Below are positions 22,301-35,763 of a stretch of 64,000 bases of DNA, piece by piece. Positions within the stretch are counted from its first letter, which is position 1. The number at the start of each line of letters is the position of its first letter. Origin of the DNA: Nemertoderma westbladi (lineage: Eukaryota; Animalia; Xenacoelomorpha); assembly GCA_032718475.1 (NCBI GenBank), contig JAUCBJ010008604.1, positions 15,438 through 79,437 on the forward strand. Reading direction: 5' to 3'. The position numbers were made by a program, and so were the translations under genes. The notes under the pieces are model-generated. The model saw only the letters and a program-made list of their open reading frames with translations, did no database searches and had not been told where the DNA came from.

Positions 22301-25300
22301 TTGCGGGGTGTGTTTTTTGTATCGAGTTGCGGGGTGTGTTTTTTGTATCGAGTTGCGGGGTGTGTTTTTTGTATCGAGTTGCGGGGTGCGTTTTTTGTAT
22401 CGAGTTGCGGGGTGCGTTTTTTGTATCGAGTTGCGGGGTGTGTTTTTTTAATCGAGTTGCGGGGTGCGTTTTTTGTATCGAGTTGCGGGGTGTGTTTTTT
22501 GTATCGAGTTGCGGGGTGTGTTTTTTGTATCGAGTTGCGGGGTGCGTTTTTTGTATCGAGTTGCGGGGTGTGTTTTTTTATCGAGTTGCGGGGTGCGTTT
22601 TTTGTATCGAGTTGCGGGGTGTGTTTTTTGTATCAAGTTGCGGGGTGTGTTTTTTGTATCGAGTTGCGGGGTGTGTTTTTTGTATCGAGTTGCGGGGTGT
22701 GTTTTTTGTATCGAGTTGCGGGGTGTGTTTTTTGTATCGAGTTGCGGGGTGTGTTTTTTGTATCGAGTTGCGGGGTGTGTTTTTTGTATCGAGTTGCGGG
22801 GTGTGTTTTTTGTATCGAGTTGCGGGGTGTGTTTTTTGTATCGAGTTGCGGGGTGTGTTTTTTGTATCGAGTTGCGGGGTGTGTTTTTTGTATCGAGTTG
22901 CGGGGTGTGTTTTTTGTATCGAGTTGCGGGGTGTGTTTTTTGTATCGAGTTGCGGGGTGTGTTTTTTGTATCGAGTTGCGGGGTGTGTTTTTTGTATCGA
23001 GTTGCGGGGTGTGTTTTTTGTATCGAGTTGCGGGGTGTGTTTTTTGTATCGAGTTGCGGGGTGTGTTTTTTGTATCGAGTTGCGGGGTGTGTTTTTTGTA
23101 TCGAGTTGCGGGGTGTGTTTTTTGTATCGAGTTGCGGGGTGTGTTTTTTGTATCGAGTTGCGGGGTGTGTTTTTTGTATCGAGTTGCGGGGTGTGTTTTT
23201 TGTATCGAGTTGCGGGGTGTGTTTTTTGTATCGAGTTGCGGGGTGTGTTTTTTGTATCGAGTTGCGGGGTGTGTTTTTTGTATCGAGTTGCGGGGTGTGT
23301 TTTTTGTATCGAGTTGCGGGGTGTGTTTTTTGTATCGAGTTGCGGGGTGTGTTTTTTGTATCGAGTTGCGGGGTGTGTTTTTTGTATCGAGTTGCGGGGT
23401 GTGTTTTTTGTATCGAGTTGCGGGGTGTGTTTTTTGTATCGAGTTGCGGGGTGTGTTTTTTGTATCGAGTTGCGGGGTGTGTTTTTTGTATCGAGTTGCG
23501 GGGTGTGTTTTTTGTATCGAGTTGCGGGGTGTGTTTTTTGTATCGAGTTGCGGGGTGTGTTTTTTGTATCGAGTTGCGGGGTGTGTTTTTTGTATCGAGT
23601 TGCGGGGTGTGTTTTTTGTATCGAGTTGCGGGGTGTGTTTTTTGTATCGAGTTGCGGGGTGTGTTTTTTGTATCGAGTTGCGGGGTGTGTTTTTTGTATC
23701 GAGTTGCGGGGTGTGTTTTTTGTATCGAGTTGCGGGGTGTGTTTTTTGTATCGAGTTGCGGGGTGTGTTTTTTGTATCGAGTTGCGGGGTGTGTTTTTTG
23801 TATCGAGTTGCGGGGTGTGTTTTTTGTATCGAGTTGCGGGGTGTGTTTTTTGTATCGAGTTGCGGGGTGTGTTTTTTGTATCGAGTTGCGGGGTGTGTTT
23901 TTTGTATCGAGTTGCGGGGTGTGTTTTTTGTATCGAGTTGCGGGGTGTGTTTTTTGTATCGAGTTGCGGGGTGTGTTTTTTGTATCGAGTTGCGGGGTGT
24001 GTTTTTTGTATCGAGTTGCGGGGTGTGTTTTTTGTATCGAGTTGCGGGGTGTGTTTTTTGTATCGAGTTGCGGGGTGTGTTTTTTGTATCGAGTTGCGGG
24101 GTGTGTTTTTTGTATCGAGTTGCGGGGTGTGTTTTTTGTATCGAGTTGCGGGGTGTGTTTTTTGTATCGAGTTGCGGGGTGTGTTTTTTGTATCGAGTTG
24201 CGGGGTGTGTTTTTTGTATCGAGTTGCGGGGTGTGTTTTTTGTATCGAGTTGCGGGGTGTGTTTTTTGTATCGAGTTGCGGGGTGTGTTTTTTGTATCGA
24301 GTTGCGGGGTGTGTTTTTTGTATCGAGTTGCGGGGTGTGTTTTTTGTATCGAGTTGCGGGGTGTGTTTTTTGTATCGAGTTGCGGGGTGTGTTTTTTGTA
24401 TCGAGTTGCGGGGTGTGTTTTTTGTATCGAGTTGCGGGGTGTGTTTTTTGTATCGAGTTGCGGGGTGTGTTTTTTGTATCGAGTTGCGGGGTGTGTTTTT
24501 TGTATCGAGTTGCGGGGTGTGTTTTTTTAATCGAGTTGCGGGGTGCGTTTTTTGTATCGAGTTGCGGGGTGTGTTTTTTGTATCGAGTTGCGGGGTGTGT
24601 TTTTTGTATCGAGTTGCGGGGTGCGTTTTTTGTATCGAGTTGCGGGGTGTGTTTTTTTAATCGAGTTGCGGGGTGCGTTTTTTGTATCGAGTTGCGGGGT
24701 GTGTTTTTTGTATCGAGTTGCGGGGTGTGTTTTTTGTATCGAGTTGCGGGGTGTGTTTTTTGTATCGAGTTGCGGGGTGTGTTTTTTGTATCGAGTTGCG
24801 GGGTGTGTTTTTTGTATCGAGTTGCGGGGTGTGTTTTTTGTATCGAGTTGCGGGGTGTGTTTTTTGTATCGAGTTGCGGGGTGTGTTTTTTGTATCGAGT
24901 TGCGGGGTGTGTTTTTTGTATCGAGTTGCGGGGTGTGTTTTTTGTATCGAGTTGCGGGGTGTGTTTTTTGTATCGAGTTGCGGGGTGTGTTTTTTGTATC
25001 GAGTTGCGGGGTGTGTTTTTTGTATCGAGTTGCGGGGTGTGTTTTTTGTATCGAGTTGCGGGGTGTGTTTTTTGTATCGAGTTGCGGGGTGTGTTTTTTG
25101 TATCGAGTTGCGGGGTGTGTTTTTTGTATCGAGTTGCGGGGTGTGTTTTTTGTATCGAGTTGCGGGGTGTGTTTTTTGTATCGAGTTGCGGGGTGTGTTT
25201 TTTGTATCGAGTTGCGGGGTGTGTTTTTTGTATCGAGTTGCGGGGTGTGTTTTTTGTATCGAGTTGCGGGGTGTGTTTTTTGTATCGAGTTGCGGGGTGT

Positions 25301-28300
25301 GTTTTTTGTATCGAGTTGCGGGGTGTGTTTTTTGTATCGAGTTGCGGGGTGTGTTTTTTGTATCGAGTTGCGGGGTGTGTTTTTTGTATCGAGTTGCGGG
25401 GTGTGTTTTTTGTATCGAGTTGCGGGGTGTGTTTTTTGTATCGAGTTGCGGGGTGTGTTTTTTGTATCGAGTTGCGGGGTGTGTTTTTTGTATCGAGTTG
25501 CGGGGTGTGTTTTTTGTATCGAGTTGCGGGGTGTGTTTTTTGTATCGAGTTGCGGGGTGTGTTTTTTGTATCGAGTTGCGGGGTGTGTTTTTTGTATCGA
25601 GTTGCGGGGTGTGTTTTTTGTATCGAGTTGCGGGGTGTGTTTTTTGTATCGAGTTGCGGGGTGTGTTTTTTGTATCGAGTTGCGGGGTGTGTTTTTTGTA
25701 TCGAGTTGCGGGGTGTGTTTTTTGTATCGAGTTGCGGGGTGTGTTTTTTGTATCGAGTTGCGGGGTGTGTTTTTTGTATCGAGTTGCGGGGTGTGTTTTT
25801 TGTATCGAGTTGCGGGGTGTGTTTTTTGTATCGAGTTGCGGGGTGTGTTTTTTGTATCGAGTTGCGGGGTGTGTTTTTTGTATCGAGTTGCGGGGTGTGT
25901 TTTTTGTATCGAGTTGCGGGGTGTGTTTTTTGTATCGAGTTGCGGGGTGTGTTTTTTGTATCGAGTTGCGGGGTGTGTTTTTTGTATCGAGTTGCGGGGT
26001 GTGTTTTTTGTATCGAGTTGCGGGGTGTGTTTTTTGTATCGAGTTGCGGGGTGTGTTTTTTGTATCGAGTTGCGGGGTGTGTTTTTTGTATCGAGTTGCG
26101 GGGTGTGTTTTTTGTATCGAGTTGCGGGGTGTGTTTTTTGTATCGAGTTGCGGGGTGTGTTTTTTGTATCGAGTTGCGGGGTGTGTTTTTTGTATCGAGT
26201 TGCGGGGTGTGTTTTTTGTATCGAGTTGCGGGGTGTGTTTTTTGTATCGAGTTGCGGGGTGTGTTTTTTGTATCGAGTTGCGGGGTGTGTTTTTTGTATC
26301 GAGTTGCGGGGTGTGTTTTTTGTATCGAGTTGCGGGGTGTGTTTTTTGTATCGAGTTGCGGGGTGTGTTTTTTGTATCGAGTTGCGGGGTGTGTTTTTTG
26401 TATCGAGTTGCGGGGTGTGTTTTTTGTATCGAGTTGCGGGGTGTGTTTTTTGTATCGAGTTGCGGGGTGTGTTTTTTGTATCGAGTTGCGGGGTGTGTTT
26501 TTTGTATCGAGTTGCGGGGTGTGTTTTTTGTATCGAGTTGCGGGGTGTGTTTTTTGTATCGAGTTGCGGGGTGTGTTTTTTGTGTCGAGTTGCGGGGTGT
26601 GTTTTTTGTGTCGAGTTGCGGGGTGTGTTTTTTGTATCGAGTTGCGGGGTGTGTTTTTTGTATCGAGTTGCGGGGTGTGTTTTTTGTATCGAGTTGCGGG
26701 GTGTGTTTTTTGTATCGAGTTGCGGGGTGTGTTTTTTGTATCGAGTTGCGGGGTGTGTTTTTTGTATCGAGTTGCGGGGTGTGTTTTTTGTATCGAGTTG
26801 CGGGGTGTGTTTTTTGTATCGAGTTGCGGGGTGTGTTTTTTGTATCGAGTTGCGGGGTGTGTTTTTTGTATCGAGTTGCGGGGTGTGTTTTTTGTATCGA
26901 GTTGCGGGGTGTGTTTTTTGTATCGAGTTGCGGGGTGTGTTTTTTGTATCGAGTTGCGGGGTGTGTTTTTTGTATCGAGTTGCGGGGTGTGTTTTTTGTA
27001 TCGAGTTGCGGGGTGTGTTTTTTGTATCGAGTTGCGGGGTGTGTTTTTTGTATCGAGTTGCGGGGTGTGTTTTTTGTATCGAGTTGCGGGGTGTGTTTTT
27101 TGTATCGAGTTGCGGGGTGTGTTTTTTGTATCGAGTTGCGGGGTGTGTTTTTTGTATCGAGTTGCGGGGTGTGTTTTTTGTATCGAGTTGCGGGGTGTGT
27201 TTTTTGTATCGAGTTGCGGGGTGTGTTTTTTGTATCGAGTTGCGGGGTGTGTTTTTTGTATCGAGTTGCGGGGTGTGTTTTTTGTATCGAGTTGCGGGGT
27301 GTGTTTTTTGTATCGAGTTGCGGGGTGTGTTTTTTGTATCGAGTTGCGGGGTGTGTTTTTTGTATCGAGTTGCGGGGTGTGTTTTTTGTATCGAGTTGCG
27401 GGGTGTGTTTTTTGTATCGAGTTGCGGGGTGTGTTTTTTGTATCGAGTTGCGGGGTGTGTTTTTTGTATCGAGTTGCGGGGTGTGTTTTTTGTATCGAGT
27501 TGCGGGGTGTGTTTTTTGTATCGAGTTGCGGGGTGTGTTTTTTGTATCGAGTTGCGGGGTGTGTTTTTTGTATCGAGTTGCGGGGTGTGTTTTTTGTATC
27601 GAGTTGCGGGGTGTGTTTTTTGTATCGAGTTGCGGGGTGTGTTTTTTGTATCGAGTTGCGGGGTGTGTTTTTTGTATCGAGTTGCGGGGTGTGTTTTTTG
27701 TATCGAGTTGCGGGGTGTGTTTTTTGTATCGAGTTGCGGGGTGTGTTTTTTGTATCGAGTTGCGGGGTGTGTTTTTTGTATCGAGTTGCGGGGTGTGTTT
27801 TTTGTATCGAGTTGCGGGGTGTGTTTTTTGTATCGAGTTGCGGGGTGTGTTTTTTGTATCGAGTTGCGGGGTGTGTTTTTTGTATCGAGTTGCGGGGTGT
27901 GTTTTTTGTATCGAGTTGCGGGGTGTGTTTTTTGTATCGAGTTGCGGGGTGTGTTTTTTGTATCGAGTTGCGGGGTGTGTTTTTTGTATCGAGTTGCGGG
28001 GTGTGTTTTTTGTATCGAGTTGCGGGGTGTGTTTTTTGTATCGAGTTGCGGGGTGTGTTTTTTGTATCGAGTTGCGGGGTGTGTTTTTTGTATCGAGTTG
28101 CGGGGTGTGTTTTTTGTATCGAGTTGCGGGGTGTGTTTTTTGTATCGAGTTGCGGGGTGTGTTTTTTGTATCGAGTTGCGGGGTGTGTTTTTTGTATCGA
28201 GTTGCGGGGTGTGTTTTTTGTATCGAGTTGCGGGGTGTGTTTTTTGTATCGAGTTGCGGGGTGTGTTTTTTGTATCGAGTTGCGGGGTGTGTTTTTTGTA

Positions 28301-31107
28301 TCGAGTTGCGGGGTGTGTTTTTTGTATCGAGTTGCGGGGTGTGTTTTTTGTATCGAGTTGCGGGGTGTGTTTTTTGTATCGAGTTGCGGGGTGTGTTTTT
28401 TGTATCGAGTTGCGGGGTGTGTTTTTTGTATCGAGTTGCGGGGTGTGTTTTTTGTATCGAGTTGCGGGGTGTGTTTTTTGTATCGAGTTGCGGGGTGTGT
28501 TTTTTGTATCGAGTTGCGGGGTGTGTTTTTTGTATCGAGTTGCGGGGTGTGTTTTTTGTATCGAGTTGCGGGGTGTGTTTTTTGTATCGAGTTGCGGGGT
28601 GTGTTTTTTGTATCGAGTTGCGGGGTGTGTTTTTTGTATCGAGTTGCGGGGTGTGTTTTTTGTATCGAGTTGCGGGGTGTGTTTTTTGTATCGAGTTGCG
28701 GGGTGTGTTTTTTGTATCGAGTTGCGGGGTGTGTTTTTTGTATCGAGTTGCGGGGTGTGTTTTTTGTATCGAGTTGCGGGGTGTGTTTTTTGTATCGAGT
28801 TGCGGGGTGTGTTTTTTGTATCGAGTTGCGGGGTGTGTTTTTTGTATCGAGTTGCGGGGTGTGTTTTTTGTATCGAGTTGCGGGGTGTGTTTTTTGTATC
28901 GAGTTGCGGGGTGTGTTTTTTGTATCGAGTTGCGGGGTGTGTTTTTTGTATCGAGTTGCGGGGTGTGTTTTTTGTATCGAGTTGCGGGGTGTGTTTTTTG
29001 TATCGAGTTGCGGGGTGTGTTTTTTGTATCGAGTTGCGGGGTGTGTTTTTTGTATCGAGTTGCGGGGTGTGTTTTTTGTATCGAGTTGCGGGGTGTGTTT
29101 TTTGTATCGAGTTGCGGGGTGTGTTTTTTGTATCGAGTTGCGGGGTGTGTTTTTTGTATCGAGTTGCGGGGTGTGTTTTTTGTATCGAGTTGCGGGGTGT
29201 GTTTTTTGTATCGAGTTGCGGGGTGTGTTTTTTGTATCGAGTTGCGGGGTGTGTTTTTTGTATCGAGTTGCGGGGTGTGTTTTTTGTATCGAGTTGCGGG
29301 GTGTGTTTTTTGTATCGAGTTGCGGGGTGTGTTTTTTGTATCGAGTTGCGGGGTGTGTTTTTTGTATCGAGTTGCGGGGTGTGTTTTTTGTATCGAGTTG
29401 CGGGGTGTGTTTTTTGTATCGAGTTGCGGGGTGTGTTTTTTGTATCGAGTTGCGGGGTGTGTTTTTTGTATCGAGTTGCGGGGTGTGTTTTTTGTATCGA
29501 GTTGCGGGGTGTGTTTTTTGTGTCGAGTTGCGGGGTGTGTTTTTTGTATCGAGTTGCGGGGTGTGTTTTTTGTATCGAGTTGCGGGGTGTGTTTTTTGTA
29601 TCGAGTTGCGGGGTGTGTTTTTTGTATCGAGTTGCGGGGTGTGTTTTTTGTATCGAGTTGCGGGGTGTGTTTTTTGTATCGAGTTGCGGGGTGTGTTTTT
29701 TGTATCGAGTTGCGGGGTGTGTTTTTTGTATCGAGTTGCGGGGTGTGTTTTTTGTATCGAGTTGCGGGGTGTGTTTTTTGTATCGAGTTGCGGGGTGTGT
29801 TTTTTGTATCGAGTTGCGGGGTGTGTTTTTTGTATCGAGTTGCGGGGTGTGTTTTTTGTGTCGAGTTGCGGGGTGTGTTTTTTGTGTCGAGTTGCGGGGT
29901 GTGTTTTTTGTATCGAGTTGCGGGGTGTGTTTTTTGTATCGAGTTGCGGGGTGTGTTTTTTGTATCGAGTTGCGGGGTGTGTTTTTTGTATCGAGTTGCG
30001 GGGTGTGTTTTTTGTATCGAGTTGCGGGGTGTGTTTTTTGTATCGAGTTGCGGGGTGTGTTTTTTGTATCGAGTTGCGGGGTGTGTTTTTTGTATCGAGT
30101 TGCGGGGTGTGTTTTTTGTATCGAGTTGCGGGGTGTGTTTTTTGTATCGAGTTGCGGGGTGTGTTTTTTGTATCGAGTTGCGGGGTGTGTTTTTTGTATC
30201 GAGTTGCGGGGTGTGTTTTTGTATCGAGTTGCGGGGTGTGTTTTTTGTATCGAGTTGCGGGGTGTGTTTTTTGTATCGAGTTGCGGGGTGTGTTTTTTGT
30301 ATCGAGTTGCGGGGTGTGTTTTTTGTATCGAGTTGCGGGGTGTGTTTTTTGTATCGAGTTGCGGGGTGTGTTTTTTGTATCGAGTTGCGGGGTGTGTTTT
30401 TTGTATCGAGTTGCGGGGTGTGTTTTTTGTATCGAGTTGCGGGGTGTGTTTTTTGTGTCGAGTTGCGGGGTGTGTTTTTTGTATCGAGTTGCGGGGTGTG
30501 TTTTTTGTATCGAGTTGCGGGGTGTGTTTTTTGTATCGAGTTGCGGGGTGTGTTTTTTGTATCGAGTTGCGGGGTGTGTTTTTTTTATCGAGTTGCGGGG
30601 TGTGTTTTTTGTGTCGAGTTGCGGGGTGTGTTTTTTGTGTCGAGTTGCGGGGTGTGTTTTTTGTGTCGAGTTGCGGGGTGTGTTTTTTGTATCGAGTTGC
30701 GGGGTGTGTTTTTTGTATCGAGTTGCGGGGTGTGTTTTTTGTATCGAGTTGCGGGGTGTGTTTTTTGTATCGAGTTGCGGGGTGTGTTTTTTGTATCGAG
30801 TTGCGGGGTGTGTTTTTTGTATCGAGTTGCGGGGTGTGTTTTTTGTATCGAGTTGCGGGGTGTGTTTTTTGTATCGAGTTGCGGGGTGTGTTTTTTGTGT
30901 CGAGTTGCGGGGTGTGTTTTTTGTGTCGAGTTGCGGGGTGTGTTTTTTGTATCGAGTTGCGGGGTGTGTTTTTTATATCGAGTTGCGGGGTGTGTTTTTT
31001 GTATCGAGTTGCGGGGTGTGTTTTTTGTATCGAGTTGCGGGGTGTGTTTTTTGTATCGAGTTGCGGGGTGTGTTTTTTGTATCGAGTTGCGGGGTGTGTT
31101 TTTTGTA
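19350..31107 (+). repeat. 26-bp satellite (GTATCGAGTTGCGGGGTGTGTTTTTT)n, about 450 copies
   Basis: Continuous 11.76-kb tandem array. The core is nearly invariant and variants concentrate at the edges. Confidence 0.99.
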
Positions 31108-31679
31108 AAAACACGAGGAAATGGTCGAAATGGCGGGTTTAATGAATTAAGTTGTTAAGTTGTTAACAATATTGTGAACCTGTTAGATTGCCCAACCTAT
31201 GCAAGCACTCAGACCTATCCGCCTATTGCATTGCAGTATCGGAGTATTGCTGTATTGCAGCTTAAGTTCATTAAGTTGAGTAAACATACTGCTGTGCCGC
31301 ACTTAGGCTACCGGTTACCGCAACACATTTTTAATATGGAATAAATTTAATATAAAGGAGCTGAGTAGCCTATTGGGTACCAAACCAATTATTATAGTAC
31401 CGGCTGACTGTTATTACAAGATTGGTGTTCTTATTAATCTGTATATTTAATCTGTAGGCCTTACCGTACTCAATACAGCAGGGAACAATGTTCCTCATCA
31501 TGAATTTAATTAATTATAGTATCAAAAGATGCGCAAGGCTGCTTTCAATTGATATAAGCCACGGTGAAATAATTGAGATTAATAATGTGTATTTGAATGG
31601 ATCGAAAATCGCTGTCTATAGAAACCAAGAAAAAATATCAGATCACATTTGTAGTGACGACCGTAGTGACCTGTAGTGA

Positions 31680-33990
31680 CAACCCCAACCGGAACCTTAC
31701 TCCATTGTTGGTTATAGCAACCCCAACCGGAACCTTACACTCCATTGTTGGTTATAGCAACCCCAACCGGAACCTTACACTCCATTGTTGGTTATAGCAA
31801 CCCCAACCGGAACCTTACACTCCATTGTTGGTTATAGCAACCCCAACCGGAACATTATACTCCATTGTCCCTCTGACCCCACCCAATGGTTATAGCAACC
31901 CCAACCGGAACCTTACACTCCATTGTCCCTCTGACCCCATCCCATGGGGTTCCGGTTGGAGTTGCTATAAAGCAACCCCAACCGGAACCTTATACTCCAT
32001 TGTCCCTCTGACCCCACCCAATGGTTGTAGCAACCCCAACCGGAACCTTACACTCCATTGTCCCTCTGACCCCACCCAATGGTTATAGCAACCCCAACCG
32101 GAACCTTACACTCCATTGTCCCTCTGGCCCCATCCCATGGGGTTCCGGTTGGGGTTGCTATAAAGCAACCCCAACCGGAACCTTATACTCCATTGTCCCT
32201 CTGACCCCACCCAATGGTTATAGCAACCCCAACCGGAACCTTACACTCCATTGTCCCTCTGACCCCACCCGATGGTTATAGCAACCCCAACCGGAACCTT
32301 AAACTCCATTGTCCCTCTGACACCATCCAATGGTTATAGCAACCCCAACCGGAACCTCACACTCCATTGTCCCTCTGACACCATCCAATGGTTATAGCAA
32401 CCACAACCGGAACCTTACACTCCATTGTTGGTTATAGCAACCCCAACCTGAACCTTACACTCCATTGATAGTTATAGCAACCCCAACCGGAACCTTAAAC
32501 TCCATTGTCCCTCTGACCCCACCCAATGGTTATAGCAACCCCAACCGGAACCTCACACTCCATTGTCCCTCTGACACCATCCAATGGTTATAGCAACCCC
32601 AACCGGAACCTTACACTCCATTGTCCCTCTGACACCATCCAATGGTTATAGCAACCACAACCGGAACCTTACACTCCATTGTCCCTCTGACCCCACCCAA
32701 TGGTTATAGCAACGCCGACCGGAAACTTACACTCCATTGTTGGTTATAGCAACCCCAACCGGAACCTCACACTCCATTGTCCCTCTGACACCATCCAATG
32801 GTTATAGCAACCCCAACCGGAACCTTACACTCCATTGTCCCTCTGACCCCACCCGATGGTTATAGCAACCCCAACCGGAACCTTACACTCCATTGTCCCT
32901 CTGACCTCACCCGATGGTTATAGCAACCCCAACCGGAACCTTACACTCCATTGTCCCTCTGACCCCACCCGATGGTTATAGCAACCCCGACCGGAACCTT
33001 ACACTACATTGTTGGTTATAGCAACCCCAACCGGAACCTTACACTCCATTGTCCCTCTGACCCCACCCAATGGTTATAGCAACCCCAACCGGAACCTTAC
33101 ACTCCATTGTTGGTTATAGCAACCCCAACCGGAACCTTACACTCCATTGTTGGTTATAGCAACCCCAACCAGAACCTTACACTCCATTGTCCCTCTGACC
33201 CCACCCAATGGTTATAGCAACCCCAACCGGAACCTTACACTCCATTGTCCCTCTGACCCCACCCAATGGTTATAGCAACCCCAACCGGAACCTTACACTC
33301 CATTGTTGGTTATAGCAACCCCAACCGGAACCTTACACTCCATTGTTGGTTATAGCAACCCCAACCGGAACCTTACACTCCATTGTTGGTTATAGCAACC
33401 CCAACCGGAACCTTACACTCCATTGTTGGTTATAGCAACCCCAACCGGAACCTTACACTCCATTGTTGGTTATAGCAACCCCAACCGGAACCTTACACTC
33501 CATTGTCCCTCTGACCCCACCCAATGGTTATAGTAACCCCAACCGGAACCTTACACTCCATTGTTGGTTATAGCAACCCCAACCGGAACCTTACACTCCA
33601 TTGTTGGTTATAGCAACCCCAACCGGAACCTTACACTCCATTGTTGGTTATAACAACCCCAACCGGAACCTTACACTCCATTGTTGGTTATAGCAACCCC
33701 AACCGGAACCTTACACTCCATTGTTGGTTATAGCAACCCCAACCGGAACCTTACACTCCATTGTCCCTCTGACCCCACCCAATGGTTATAGTAACCCCAA
33801 CCGGAACCTTACACTCCATTGTTGGTTATAGCAACCCCAACCGGAACCTTACACTCCATTGTTGGTTATAGCAACCCCAACCGGAACCTTACACTCCATT
33901 GTTGGTTATAGCAACCCCAACCGGAACCTTACACTCCATTGTTGGTTATAGCAACCCCAACCGGAACCTTACACTCTATTGTCCCTCTGA
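31680..33990 (+). repeat. Composite satellite of 40-bp and 58-bp units (GCAACCCCAACCGGAACCTTACACTCCATTGT...) with two ~80-bp hairpin units
   Basis: The short unit ends ...gttggttata; the long unit adds ccctctgaccccacccaa. Units at 31890-31970 and 32083-32163 end with the reverse complement of their own start. Confidence 0.97.
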
Positions 33991-34995
33991 TAAAAACAAA
34001 TCCATAATCCACAGTACCCAAATTATAATTTAACCAGCATTTTTCATCTATCGCTAAATTAGTTACCAAATTGATTTACAATAGGACTGTAATCTACAAC
34101 AATTATAATTACATTAGGCCTACATGTAACCGCACAATTATTTAAGGCAATTTAATTACAGATTGTTTTAGTTAGTATACAAATTGGATGGAATTTGGAA
34201 AGCAATAATAAGGCCTTTTGTAAAACGATTAAAACGCAATTCTTTCGGCATTTAGGTACGTATGGTTTAGCAAAATATGAATGTGATTATGCGATGAAAG
34301 CGAACTAAATACATACCAACTCAACTACAATAATATCTACTATATTACAACTGTCATGTAATTAATAGTTTACTCAATAAAAGTACTGCAATGTTCTGCT
34401 ATAAAATGCCCGTAGATGAAATAGTGCGACATGTTTACGATAATAATTTAAAGTTTACAGTAAATATCTACAAAAACAAAATCCCAGATACGAAATAAAA
34501 TCCTATTACCGTATAAATAAATCGCTATTGAAAATGACATATAAAATAGCGCTATGGGGAAAGGCAGTAATAATTAATGGGGTTCAGGAAAAAAAACAAT
34601 GTTATCCAAATATACCAACATTATTATACCAATTTATCACTGTTTTCAATAATTTCTTTGACTTAAACTCGCCATGACATGAAGTTGATCAAATTAACGC
34701 ATGTTTAAATACTGTACTAATTGATATTTAGGGGTTAGCACAACTCGACTGAACTCTGAACGCATTGATTAAAAGTCACTTACAAGACATTAATCACTTT
34801 TAGATGTATAATTCTTACAAAATGAAACTTATTCTCACTCCTTCAGGTTTTTAATAAAAGCTATAAAACTTTCAGTACCTAGTAGGAACTATAAATTAAT
34901 TTATACAGAATAGAAAGAAGCTGTAAAAAGTTTAAACCCGTAATATCAATTAATAATTAAACGGAAACCACATCGATCTACTACAATCACTGCAG

Positions 34996-35532
34996 TTAGT
35001 TTGCTTGAACGGCCCTAAACGATAAGGCTGTTATAACCTTTGTATATTTGCTGCACCGATCTTGTCTGCTGACCCCGACCCCCCTACTGCCCCATAGCAA
35101 CCGCATGTGCATCTCGGTAGCAACGAGTTCTGAGACGGTCTGATCGGCCTCGTTAGCTGGCATCACGCTCTCTAGTGCGTGGGCGTATTGCAGAGCGTTG
35201 ATGATCCAACAGCGAGAGTTGTTACTGATGCATCGGATACTTTCAATATCCAGTTGCCGTAGCAACGATTCCAGAGTATCCGAGTCCAGAAGAGAAGTCG
35301 TCTGCTCTTCCGCACCAACAGAGTTTGTGTCACGAGCAATAGAATGTTCTAGACTTTCCAGCGTCGCGTTCTCGAATAGTATGTGGGGTAGTAGATGGGG
35401 GATACACACTCTTTGAGACATTGGGGCGGTCTCTAGACTTAGATAGGCCGGTCTCAGTCGCGTCTCGAACTGAAAGGCCGACGTAGTGAAATGTCGTCGC
35501 AATATTTCCCACATAACCGGCAATTTCTCTAC
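34996..35532 (-). CDS. BCAR3: BCAR3/SH2D3C (NSP family) last coding exon, Cdc25-like domain
   Basis: Acceptor TTCTAG|GTA, then VEKLPVMWEILRRHF...VCIPHLLP...TEMHMRLLWGSRG, matching the NSP-family C-terminus. Stop TAA at 34996. Confidence 0.88.
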   Translation of the reverse strand, partial: VEKLPVMWEILRRHFTTSAFQFETRLRPAYLSLETAPMSQRVCIPHLLPHILFENATLESLEHSIARDTNSVGAEEQTTSLLDSDTLESLLRQLDIESIRCISNNSRCWIINALQYAHALESVMPANEADQTVSELVATEMHMRLLWGSRGVGVSRQDRCSKYTKVITALSFRAVQAN

Positions 35533-35763
35533 CTAGAATAATAATAATGTTTACATCTAAGGCATTTATTTAATCATAGGATTATGCTATATTATAATAT
35601 AATAGAATGGTGTTTGATATATTGCACAACGGTAAAGCGAACTTTGTTCCTATTTTTAACGAAATTTATTCTTATAAAATTTAATTAATGGCGCAAAAGG
35701 ATGCAAACACCAATTCTGTGCTAGTGGGTTTAAATAATTAATTAAATTACTCTTAAAATTTAA

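Noticed and set aside
19290-31158. Giant ORFs (up to 3158 aa) on both strands
   Set aside because: They are translations of a 26-bp satellite that lacks stop codons. The same 26-aa cycle appears in all frames of a strand, so there is no coding signal.
31680-33990. CRISPR-like repeat/spacer appearance
   Set aside because: The intervening segments are only two or three recurring sequences, not unique spacers. No cas genes, and the context is eukaryotic.
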